Shown here piece by piece: positions 38,286-50,102 of a DNA stretch of 64,000 nucleotides (its first letter is position 1; each line of letters opens with the position of its first letter). The DNA is from Hamiltosporidium tvaerminnensis FI-OER-3-3. Its lineage: Eukaryota > Fungi > Microsporidia. Where the stretch lies: assembly GCA_022605425.2 (NCBI GenBank), contig JAKIMF020000007.1, positions 930,001 to 994,000 on the forward strand, given 5' to 3'. A program made the translations under genes and the position numbers. The notes beneath the pieces are model-generated. The model did no database searches. It was given only the letters and a program-made list of their open reading frames with translations, and was not told where the DNA came from.

Positions 38286-39760
38286 TTACAACGAAAGTGA
38301 ATTTTTTATGTCAAAAATGGCATCTAAAATATGATGTTTAAATCCTTCATCACTTGAAACAGACATAATTAAAATATCCAAAGGCTTTGTACTATGAATA
38401 GAAAAATTCTCATCCCTAAAAAAATATTCCAAAATTTTGCCTCGACATAATGCGACACAAGAACCCGATGTATCTTTGAGAATAAATCTGCAAATGTTAA
38501 TTTTATCAATATTACAATTAGAATTTTGAAAAACATGTTCTTCAATTGAGTTTTTATTGATATCGGTTAATTTACAAGCTCTACAAAAATATAAGCATAA
38601 TATTCTAAATGGAAAATGGAATTTAACTGTTGCTTTGATTCGATGTAACCCGGATATCTTAATATTATAAATAGGTACAGTTTGTAAAGAGCTTAGGCCG
38701 TATGCAATTTCATCGTTGCTTAAAATAGAAGTCAAAAACGATTCTTTATATCTTTCTTGTTCCTGGTATATCGATTGTCTTAACACATGTCCATTGTCTA
38801 CATTTAATATTGTGCACTTTCTAAGTTCTGACATATGAGCTATTAGGATAAAATCTTTATCTGATAATCTTAAGTTTTTAAAAAGATATATTTCGTTTAT
38901 TTCTAATGATTTTGCCATTTCTGCATGTTTGTCCCATGCTTTAACATAAAGTATCATATTATTAGCAAATTCCTCATCACAAATTACATTTTTAATGTTA
39001 CAATTCACTGTATAATCTATTAAAGTTAAAATTACCAAATTATTTTTTTCTATTTGTCGATTAATTAGTAATCCACAAAAATCGAAATAGCAAGTTTCTT
39101 TTAAATCACATATTTTCAATTGTCTCACATATTTCTGATTATTTTCTAAATAAATATTTCTTAAACAAGTAATTCTATTTTCTTCATATATATTTTCCGT
39201 ATAAAGATTGTTAGTAAAAAAATTATAAATTAATTTTACTTCATTTTGTTTTCCTGTTATTGCTATATTAGGTTTAATTAATTTAATATTTTTATTTTTA
39301 TTATATCACCGTTGTTAAATCCAAAAGGAAATAATGGAGTTTTAGAAAATATTTTTACAAATATTTTGTTGGTTTCCATGCTTTCATCGGTAATTATAAT
39401 TGTAGATACCCAATCACTTCCTTTGGATTGCTTTGGTTCAAGATATCCTACAACAATACCAATTACGTTACAATATTTATTCATTTCCATTTTATTTAAG
39501 GCGACATAATCAGTAGGATTAGAATATTTTTTAATTTGATATTTTGTATATTCAATTTTAGAATCGTTAGTAATTGTAATTTTATCTTTTTCTAAAATAA
39601 AAATACCGGTAATCTGTATCCATTCATCATCAATTGCTTGATTGAAAGTATCGATTAGATTTTTCGGAAATTCTATTAAAAATGTTTTGTTGTTTGCCTT
39701 TATTTGTAAAAATGGCTTTTCTTCGAATATTTTTTTCATTATTTGACCACAAAAGTACAT
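38286..39760 (-). CDS. POT1: POT1-like telomere ssDNA-binding OB-fold protein, split by a 1-nt frameshift at ~39288-39293
   Basis: CNVIGIVVGYLEPKQSKGSDWVSTIIITDES...IFVKIFS resembles POT1 OB1. LKICDLKETCYFDFCG...LTLIDYT...YVKAWD resembles POT1PC/OB2. C-terminal CRAC OB. Adding one A gives a stop-free link (KNIKLIKPNIAITGKQNEV...) into the 39128 frame, ~491 aa in total. CCCC upstream of ATG. Confidence 0.75.
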
Positions 39761-40269
39761 TTTTTTGTGTTGGGGTATTTCAATGTTAACCTAAAATTTC
39801 TTAAAATATATTTTAAAAACCAAAGTAAAAAAAATAAAAATAAAAAAATTAATGATTTTATAGGTTTGAATAGAAGAAGAAAGGATGATGATTAAAGAAT
39901 TAGAAGAAAATTCATAGAATTCAAAACAATTGAACCCAGAATTTAAGTTAATAAATTATCGATTGAAAATAATCAAAATCCAAATATTTTTATTTTAGAT
40001 TCCGTACAAGAAATGCTAGAAAGAATGAAGTTGATTTTTAATAATTTTCACCCTTTTTAGATTTGAACGGTTTCAAAACATTTTTAAAATTCAATATTCC
40101 ACCCAATATTGTAGAAGATATATTCGGTTGTCCAAAATATTCAAATTTAGCCTTTATGAACTTATAGATTTTTCATTTATATTCTTTATAATTTTAACCG
40201 AGCAATGCAAATATTTTTAACTGCTATTTGATCAAAACATAAGTTAAAAACATATTCCTCGCTTTTAAA

Positions 40270-41130
40270 TAATTATTCTAGTTATTTTACCGATTAATTC
40301 TCTTCCTCAAAATCCGATGCTTCATTTTGGTTTATTGTCGGCTTTTTCATTGTAGTTACACCATTGAATTTATGGGGTAAAATATTTCTGGTATTTAATA
40401 GTCTAACTCCATCATTCCCCTTTCCACCTAGCTTTACAAGAGGTGTTGGTCGGCTATGCACCTATGCACCTTTAATACCGCATTTTACACTATATTCAAA
40501 CTCTCTCTGGTATTAGTCTCGATAAATTTCTTTTCTACTTTTGAAAAAAAAATTATTTCGACTGTCTTTTTGAGAATTATCGACTGAATGGAGTCTCTAC
40601 ACTCATGAATATTGTAGTTCTTTTAAGATTAATTTCATGGTATTTTGTTCCAATAAGATCCCAGATTATCACATAATGAATTATTTTAATTCTAAATATA
40701 TAAATGATACCTATCTCGTTTGGTTAATAGATCATAAAATTATTCTCCTTTAAGTTTCAACTATTTGAAGTGAATATTGGGAAATAATTCCTAATTCATT
40801 GAAGGTAAAAGTATCAGAATATTGTCGCCAAATGAATATTTCTAGCCTATTAAATAGAATTTTGACATCTGTTTTTTTGTGGCGTTTACACTTATATCTG
40901 TATACACATTTTTAAAAATTCCTTGGATTGAGATACTTTTAATTCGTTTTGTAAATTTTGATTTATATCTGTTGTAACAGGTGTTCGTAGATTTGCACTT
41001 CATTATGTCATGTGATATAGTTATTTAAGTATTTTTTGCATCTAGTCGATAAATGCTCAACCATATTACAAGATTGATTATATGGTGATCTTTTATGTAA
41101 ATTTTCATCAAGATTTCTATCCTGAAATAT
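40270..41130 (-). mobile_element. Heavily decayed 3' fragment of the R4-like RLE element
   Basis: Matches to 16100-17000, e.g. TTTCAACTATTTGAAGTGAAT, ATTTCGACTGTCTTTTTGAG, VEHLSTRCKK and QDRN. Confidence 0.75.
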
Positions 41131-41324
41131 CTTAACACGTTTAATCAGGTTGCTTAATATTTTACTTCTCACTCGTTTAACAAAGATATTAACATTTTTA
41201 CTGAATAAAAACATGATTTAACTCTAACGTAAAGGATAAAAATATCCTATTTTTGTTGAAACCTAATATTAAATAAGTATATAAAAAATAGGATCAAATA
41301 TTCTTTATTTTCCATGGCTCGGAA

Positions 41325-42091
41325 GTGGAGGGAGGATAACCACATAGTGGAGGGAGGATAACCACATAAAAAACTTTCTGCTTGGCAATGAGTGTGTGAA
41401 ACTGGTGTGAGATCATTGTTTGGATTTTTGGTGGGAATAAAACCACACTACATCTTCGGTTGTTCCATGAGAGTTGTTATGAGGAGGAGAGGTCTACGAA
41501 ATGGCGAAACTTTTTTTACAAATATATTTGTAGTTTTTTATGTAACCAGATTGCAGACCGCAGCTGAACATGTAGGTAATTGCCATGTAAAAGCATGGAA
41601 ACCTAGCCTTGCTCACTCGGGTTAGAAGACTTAGCGCCTGGGAGATATAAAAATAAAACCCATTAAAAGCCGGGAGAGCTAAGTAGCAGGTTATACCTGT
41701 TGGTATGACATTGCACTGTCTAGGTGGACCCCATGTAATTCTCTGAAATATATCTTAGCTAGAAGTTTATTGGGTTCAGAAAGTGTAGAGTAAGTGGGAA
41801 TGCTGCATAGTCTTGGGGGAGCCCAGGGGGGGCTTCGGCCTTCGATCACACTCCATGCAACGGACATTAACGAACTCCGGGCAACTGCCTCGCCAATTGA
41901 TTAGGTTCTACACACCTGGTAGATGAAAGGCTTTGGGATGTAGGTATCGCAGGGGTTACCGATGGAGTGTTGGGGTAGCAGTTATTTATGTTAAACCTAG
42001 AACTGCGTTAATGTCATAAAAACAAATATAACACTTGCCACTATTTTAAAAAGATGTGATACTTTTAAATAAAGTTCTAATTTTTAAAAAA
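41325..42091 (+). mobile_element. ~730-bp non-coding dispersed element, copy B (best preserved; 5' 22-nt tandem duplication)
   Basis: Flanked by ATTTT(C/T)CATGGCTCGGAA at 41307-41324 and 42092-42109. Starts (A)GTGGAGGGAGGATAACCACAT x2 and ends AATAAA...TTTTTAAAAAA. Confidence 0.93.
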
Positions 42092-43114
42092 ATTTTTCAT
42101 GGCTCGGAATAGCGCTTAATGTTTTTATAGATGAGGTTTTTTTAGTTATTATACCACAGTTACACAAAAATACCAAATTAAGATTTATTTTTTGTAGTAA
42201 AAAATATTCACAAATCTGTTTTTGCAAAGGAATATGTTCATAGGTATGTAGAAATTTTAAAAAAAATTTTATATAAAAATTCTTGTTAAGCCAAAAAAAT
42301 CAAATATTAAAAACGAAAAAAATAGTGAAAAATGTAGAATATAGAAATATATCGAGCTGACATGTGTAATAAAAGCGTATTTTGTTAAATCTGATAGAGA
42401 AGTCGGTTTAATTTTATATTAGGAAAAAAATTACTTTGTTTAAAATTTGAATAGGAAAAAAATAAATGCAGATTCAAAAGTTCTTTTTAACTTTGCTTGT
42501 TTTGGTTGAAAACATAGTTGAAAGTAGTGTTCATTAATTCTAAAGAAAGTTTGGCTTGACCTCTATGCATGCTCGTTTAAATGGCAGTTGGTTATAAGTT
42601 TACAAAAGTTTTACAAAATACTAAGGTTTTCTTTAAAAATAACCAAAATAGACATGCGGGTCTGAAGAAACAGAATGAGTTAGTGGATAATTTCAATTTT
42701 TTATAGAATTGCGGTTTTATGTCTTATTTGAACAATACTTTTCTTTATTTTTAGTAAACCATCCATATTCATAATTCTTATCGCTTGCAAAATACATAAA
42801 ACTAAAAATTTTCTTTTCAACCTCCTAGAGTAGCTGTTAGCAAAAGGACTCTTCTGTAATTTAAATAATTTTAGTATTAGCAAAAATTTTCATGTTCTAG
42901 ATTTAATCTCTGACTTTAATTTGTGGAAGCAGTAATTAATTGTTAAATAGATTTTCGTAGAAGTTGGTTCGAGGTTTGGATTGTATAAAAAGCCTTAAAA
43001 CGTTTTTTTAGATAGCTAGTCTTATCAAATCAAATTTGGAATTTTTGTTTTTCAAATACACAATTATGCATATAATCGCTACCAATATGTTAGTTTTAAA
43101 TATACATTAATAAA

Positions 43115-45247
43115 TGTCACGGGCTAATAAACCCCCCCATGTTCAATAGAACCACCGTTATTTCTATACATTTTTAATCTTGATAACACCCTTTATTTTT
43201 TTCATATAGGACTTAAATTTCTATATCCTTATAACGCATTTATTCCCCTTATTTCTATAAACCTTCATATTTTAGTTTCGTTTCCAATATTTCTTATCTA
43301 TCCTTTCTTAACATTTCTTTTGTATAAACAATAGGATGTGTTAATTGGGAATAAAATATTTAATAAAACTTTATATTTTTCTTTTCAGTTCTTTTTATGA
43401 TTCTTTCAGTTTTTTGCATTTTTTAGTATTTGTAAAGCAAAATTTCGTTGTATAATTCGAAACAGACACTTAAAAACACAACATTTATATAAATTTATTT
43501 AATGCTTTCATATTATTTGTTTTTTTTCTAAGTATTCAGTTTATATATATATAAAAATATAATGTAATCAAAATTCCAAAGATTGTAAGTTGTAAAAATA
43601 GGCAAGAAAAGAAATTCTTACAACATATTTAAAAACCGGTCAGTATCCAGCTGAGTATTCCAAAGAAGAAAAGGGGTTGTTAAGGCAGAGGGCAGAACAT
43701 TTTACAATGCTCGGAGATTATATTTGTTTTAAACGACGCGATCATCTAATAAGAGCCGTTTTTGGATTTAAAACAGTCTTAATTAAACAAATCATTCAAA
43801 CAGAGCATGCGCTTGCACACATCAGAGTAAATAAAATGATGGCTTTATTTGTAGAAAAATACTATGGGATTCCCAAGGCATACATAAAAGAGTATGTAAA
43901 AGACTGTGAAGCATGTACTCGATTCAATTGTCTAAAAACAATTCAGCCAATATATATAAATCATATTACCAAAATACATGCTCTTTTCATAATGGAATGC
44001 GTAGATTGTATGAGATTTAGTGCTTAAATTATCAATATAGCTGGATTCTTAATTAATCGATACACATGAAATATCCCTGGAGCTTTAAGAGGATTGATTA
44101 AACTTCGGAATTATTAAGAGATTTATTAAATTTTTATTTGACAAATTTTGGGTCTCAGGGGGCAATACAATCGAATAACCTTCGAGTGTTTAAAAATGCC
44201 CTACTCGAAGCTTTTTAACAGATCTTAACATCAAAATTATATATGGAAGACCACGCAGCCAAATGCGCAAGGTCAAGTGTAAATCAGACCATAAAAAGAT
44301 GACTAGCGAAGAAATTGCATGAAACAGGTGAAAGAAGAAGGATTGAACATCTTAATAATGTTGTTTATGCATATAAAAGATATGTAAATAGTGCAAAAAA
44401 CAAATCTCAATTTATGCTTTTTTCGGACAATCAGGTTTTAACAATTCACTTTCTGAAAGCATTATAGTTGAAAACGAAGCCAGTACGATAGTGCCTGATA
44501 TTGATATAGATCCTGACATAGTTTTAGTCGAAGAAAATGCAGGGGATACACAATGGACCTAGAAATCGCTTTTTATCTACAAATGAATTTACTAAAACCG
44601 TTACCACATATAATAGCTGATGATCTCGGAAGCGATAGTAAGATTCGTTCGGATGTGGCTAAGAATTTTAAAACGCATAGAAAAAGAATTATAGAAAGCA
44701 AAAATTCGAATGAATTCAAGTGAGATTTGTCTATTGGAGATCAAGTTTTGATAAAAAAAAGGGACTTCGATATGAATACTAAAACTAAAAGCGCGCCTTT
44801 TGACTCTTTTTACGTTGATTTTGTTTTTAAAGTTATAGCTATTTTGATGAACAACATGATTGAAGTAAAAAACAATGATGGTGTGACAAGTAAAGTTTTT
44901 AGAGGCGTAATAAAACGAACTTAATTTAGTTTACATTGCAATTATAATAAATATTTTTCATTATTTAAGTATTATCATCAAAGTTTTTATTTTTATTCTG
45001 GTAAAAATTGAAATATTTTTTATTGGCGGGAAATGTAAGTTAAAAACTACATAAGTATTTTTTAAACAGACCCCTGTTAAATTCTGAGAAAAAATCACGT
45101 CCTTTTTTTCAAATATATGGCCTTAGCTAAAATTATGAAAATTACGGGGGTTCTATAAATCATTAGAAATTACAGGGGTTCTATAAATCATGAGAAAATA
45201 AAAGAGGTGGGTATATAGGAAATACGGGGGTGTATCTGCCCGTGACA
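43115..45247 (+). mobile_element. Ginger/TDD-like TIR DNA transposon with decayed gypsy-type integrase
   Basis: Termini TGTCACGGGC...GCCCGTGACA with imperfect ~40-bp TIRs. Subterminal repeat TTAC.GGGTTCTATAAATCAT x2. Internal fragments HALAHI...YYGIPK...VKDCEAC (HHCC zinc finger), IQS.N...F.N, PNAQGQV..NQTIKR and IGDQVLIK. No RT or LTR. Confidence 0.8.
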
Positions 45248-46321
45248 TTAATTAATAAACCTAACCATAAGATTCTGAAGGAAAAAAATTGGTTTTTTTA
45301 TTGTTTATAGCCTCTTTATGCAGTTCAGTGCTTAAATCGTATGTTTTTTTATAGCTTATTGTTAAAAAAATCATAAAACAACTCCAACAAACAGAAAATG
45401 GCTAAATAGCGAAATTAACAAAAAATAAAATTTAATTAAATTATATTTATGTCTAAAGTAGTTTACTTTTTTTCTTAAAAAAATTTTAAGAGGAGTTGTA
45501 AATACTGGAATAACAGAATCTAAAATGATATCGATAGATAGCAAAAACAATTTGAAATGAATAGAATATAGGCATGAAAACAAAAGCGAATTATAAAAAA
45601 TATCGAATGAATAAAAATTTAAAACTCCGAATGAAATCTTAAGCTTTAAATTGGAGAGAAATTGGTATTTTAGGAGATACCTTATTTTACATTATACAAA
45701 GAACCCTAGGTCAGGATTACTTTAATAAACTTTAGATTGCGCCTCTTAAAAATTATAGATCGACCTGTGATTTATTAAAACTAAAAATTCTTCTACTAGG
45801 AATTTTGTGTGGAAACGAGCATGTAAATAAATATAAAGGCCATATATATATATTGATAAGAGATAGAAAAGCAAGGCAGTTATCGATTTAAAATACAAAA
45901 AAGAAATTACTATAGAAAAACAAATTAACAATGTTTACACCCAAGATACAATTCAAGCAAAAATAAAAATATTTATTCATTAAGTTTATGATAACTATAT
46001 TTATTTTTAGTTTATTTTGGATATTAAAACAAATAGAATGTATGAGCCTAAAGAAAAATAGATGTTAAAAAAATCAAGCCATCTGAAAATAGTAGGTGGC
46101 AAGCATTGCTAAAAAATCTGAAAAGGTTAGGAAATCCGTGCTGTTTATGTTTTACATGTAGAACTAGGCGTTAAAATAGAGTGAAAATATAATTTTTATT
46201 AAGAAATGTGACAAGCTTAGGAGATACAAACAGCTTAGGCTCTACCAGTAGAATTAGACGTTAAATATTATTTTTATTAAGAAAATCTTTTCATAATTTA
46301 TTTCAACGTGGCCCTGACTCG

Positions 46322-48055
46322 TCACATTCCAATATTTCTAGAACGAATACACTGAAAATTAGAGTTAATGTATTCTTTTATACTTCGAAATACCTCGCGC
46401 GATGTATCTTTATAAATTTTTATATATTTTGTATTTTTTAAAATGATAATATTTGCGTTTTTAATTTTGTCATTTAATATCTTTAGAGCAATTTTATATT
46501 TAAATTTGATATTATCTGAATCAGTTTGTTTTATATGAACTAAAAGTTTACAATTGGTAAGAAAGGAAATATAGCCAGCGATAACTAAATCATAGCAGTC
46601 TTTTAGCGATAAACTACAAAAATTATCATTAAAATAATCTTTGAAACCAAATTTGAATGTATTTTCTCTGTGTGCGATGATAATCATATAAATAATTATT
46701 CCGGTTACATTGGTAAACTTCTTAATAAATATTCTTGGAAGAAAAAAAAACATCAAATGAAAATCTTTGATTATTTTGCATGCCTTTCTCAATTCTTCGT
46801 TTTGTTCTTTATATATTATATCTGTTAAATCATTTAAAATATATGCTAATAAGTTAAATGAAATATAATAACTTGTATCATAGGTTACGCATGATATTAT
46901 TCTAAACATAATTTCATTTAATTTTTTTGCTAGATCAAGTTTATTGTTTTTAATGTCCAATTGACAATCTTGGTTAGTTAGCGAATCATAATTATAATGA
47001 TTTCTTATGTAAATGGATTCACAAGCCATAAGTGAACTAAGCAAAACGTACTTTTCAATTAACCTTTCTGGTTTTCGATTTGATAAAAAAATATCATAAT
47101 AAATTGAATAAATAAAAGTTCTGATTTTTAGAAAAAAATCGGTTTCTATATTCGAATTTATATGATTTAAAAAATTTTCGATTTCTTTTCGTATCAGTCG
47201 TTCTTCCTTGCCCCAATCCATTCAATCACTTTGAATTTTATATATAAAATACGAAATTTCATTTAAAATTTCTCTAAATTTGTTTAGATCAAATTCCTCA
47301 AAAGAAGAAACTATTATATTCACATATAATTCTGTAGATAATAAGTTGTTATTTAATGTTTTATTGACAGTCATATGTTTAAAAGTCAATTCTTTTTCGT
47401 ATATAACGAAATCAAAGTTTTCTATTTGGATTATTCTAATTATTTCAATGAGTGCATTTAACAGAGAAGGATTTAGAAGTTTCAGTTCTTCGAAAGTAAT
47501 TGGCATGTTTGGATTTTTTTTAAGTAAATCTTTGAGTTTTTGACTTTTATTTAAAAAATATGAAATAAAAAGATACATTTCAGAATCAGATCTAAACGTA
47601 ATATTGTAAACAAAAGGCATATCATCGGAAGCCTTTGATTCTTTTTTTGAAGATTTTGCTGCTTCATGTTTGAACAGTAATTCAGTCTTCGGTGAATGAA
47701 ATACCAGTAAATGCTTTAAACACACTCTTTCTGTTTTGTTACATGCAATACATTTTTCTTCTCCAAAACATTTATTGTATATTCTTGGATTTTGATAAAT
47801 ATCACAACATTCTCCACAAATTTTAAGTTTTATGTCATCAAATTCTCGATTAATACCTTCGTTGGTTCTAGAAGAATCGAAAGTCATATTCGAATAATCG
47901 TTTTTTTTTGTATTGTGACTTAAAACTACATTCTTATTATATTCATTAAAAAAATTTGAATCACCATTCATTTGCTGTATCGAACAGAAGACATTGCATA
48001 AATTTATAACGTGAAATATAATCTTAATTGATATAAGATAATATAAATATTGCAT
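46322..48055 (-). CDS. Hypothetical secreted protein (~577 codons) interrupted by one in-frame TGA at 47222-47224
   Basis: ORFs 48055-47222 and 47221-46322 abut in the same frame. Hydrophobic N-terminus ending NVFCS; CCC motif upstream of ATG 48055. Confidence 0.7.
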
Positions 48056-48480
48056 TTCTGTTTTTAGAAAGGGTTGGTTTTAAATATAAATATATTCCAA
48101 TAGTATGATTAGAATTTGATTCTAAAAATAATTTATCGAAAATAGAAATCTATTTAATACCAAATCATTAGAAATTGATGGTGTCATTTTTAATTTGGTT
48201 CTTATTAATCGTAAAAATATCCAGTTTCTTATGTTATACTAGCCGTTAAACCAGTATTAAAGCAAACCAAATTTTACATTCAATCTCGTATTTAATTATG
48301 CCCCCCTATCAAAAAATACAAAAGCTATAAAGAAATGCAAACATTTCAAACTTACACATGCTTTCATTTTTAAAATTAAAATTTAAAAATACCATCCGTT
48401 TTAATTATATTTTAATATTCGATATACTCGGTTTTGGAAGAATTTTATACGTAAAATGCACGTAATTTTTTGTTGTTATA

Positions 48481-49201
48481 TTATTCTGTTCCCCTCTCTA
48501 TTTTATTCTGTTCCCCTCTCTATTTTATTCTGTTCCCCCCTCTATTTTATTCTGTCCCCCCTCTATTTTATTCTGTCCCCCTCTCTATTATATTATGTCC
48601 CCCCTCTTGTTCTTAGAAGTAATTGCTCATTAAATTTCTAAATTATAGTTAAAACATGTTAAAAAAAACGGTAAAAAAATTTTCATTGCAGCGCTTTAAT
48701 TTAAAGTGTACTTTATAGTAACTTAGGTCTTATTTTCTATATATTTCCAATTTTTTACAGTTTTAGATTAAAATACAAAAGTATGTCATATATAAAGGAG
48801 AAGTAAAAAAAACCAGTGAGAAGACATGCATATAAAAACGGAATAAAAGAAAACCTCATTAAAATTTATTTTTTTTTCTATGTTTATAATTTTTCTTAAT
48901 TTGATGTTTCTGATTTCTTTTTTTTAATTTTTTTACAATTTAATCATAATCATATTTTAAACTGGTTTTAGCATTTTTTTTTAATTTATTTAAATTTTTT
49001 TTCGGTTAAAAATAGTTTTATTTTATTCGAACTACTTAATTTATCACAAAATGATTTTTTCCCCTCCAAAAAAGCTAGAAATAGAATATTTGTGCCTACC
49101 CATCTGACTTAGCAGGTGTGATGATCTGCTGGATTTTACCTTTGGCTAGGGTAAAATTCAAAAGGGGAGACAGAATGGTAAGGGGGTCAATATAAAATCC
49201 G
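48481..49201. mobile_element. Possible non-autonomous TIR element with 21-22-bp subterminal repeats
   Basis: About 6 tandem TTATTCTGT(T)CCCC(T)CTCTATT units at 48481-48606; two inverted related units (GGGGAGACAGAAT, GGGGGTCAATATAAAAT) at 49164-49201. Confidence 0.45.
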
Positions 49202-50102
49202 AAATTCAATAAAAAAATTGAAAATAAATCAAACCTATTTTTTTAGGTGTAATTATCTGAATCATGGATTTTCATCTTTTCAATTTCAATTTTATCTCCT
49301 TTATCTGTTCATCTTATATTTTTTTGGCCTTTTATATTTGTATTTTAGCCGCTCTTAAGCTATTTCATGAAAATTTAGTAACTTTTTTAATCTGCATTTT
49401 TTTCTTCTTCGGATAAATTTACTTTTTTTAGAACTTCTGCTCGGTATTTTTTGTTTTGTTTGTATTTTACTATCTATTTTTATTCCATTTCGCTTTATTC
49501 TAGTGGAATCTATTCGTGTAAATCGTTTTTTTACCCTAAGCTATATGAATTATTTCATTAGTTGTATGTTATTCTCGGTATTTAATGAAAGTTTTTATTT
49601 GACCCGGTCCAAAATTCCATGGAATATTTCATGCTATAATTATTATATGAAATTATTATTAAGGAAATAAATTGCACAAAAAAGGCAAAAAAATATCTAT
49701 ATTAAGGTGAAATTGTTTATGCATCGGTTAAAGGAGGATTAAAATGAATTGTTAAAAATTTATTGTAATTAATCTTACTGTAAAAATTATACCTTTTAAA
49801 AGTAAACAAACTATATTTTAAAGGATATCTTTACGTGTACTAAGCCTAAAAAAAATATTCAATTATAGTTAGTGCGAATATTTTTTTAGAACAATCAAAC
49901 GTTTTTAAATGCTTTGCGTTTTACATCTGCAGACTATTATTGGTAGTTTAAGATTTGTGAACAAATTATCGAAAAATTTTCTTGATCGATAAACTATTAT
50001 TCGTGTAATATATTTTTCGAACCAATTAAACATTTCGAGGTGAGTGAATAATGTGTACATCTTTGTGAAATTATTCGATTATATAATAGAATTCATTTTT
50101 TG

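Noticed and set aside
41392-41625. 77-aa ORF (MCETGVRSLFG...) also present at 62786-63019
   Set aside because: GTG start, shared only because copies B and D are young and similar; disrupted by indels in copies A and C.
41325-42091. Element as a hammerhead/HDV retrozyme, group I/II intron or telomerase RNA
   Set aside because: No CTGANGA core seen. HDV-like words (GGGCAAC, CCTCGC) and group I R/S-like words occur in the wrong order. No group II domain V, and no CCCTAA-type template on the sense strand.
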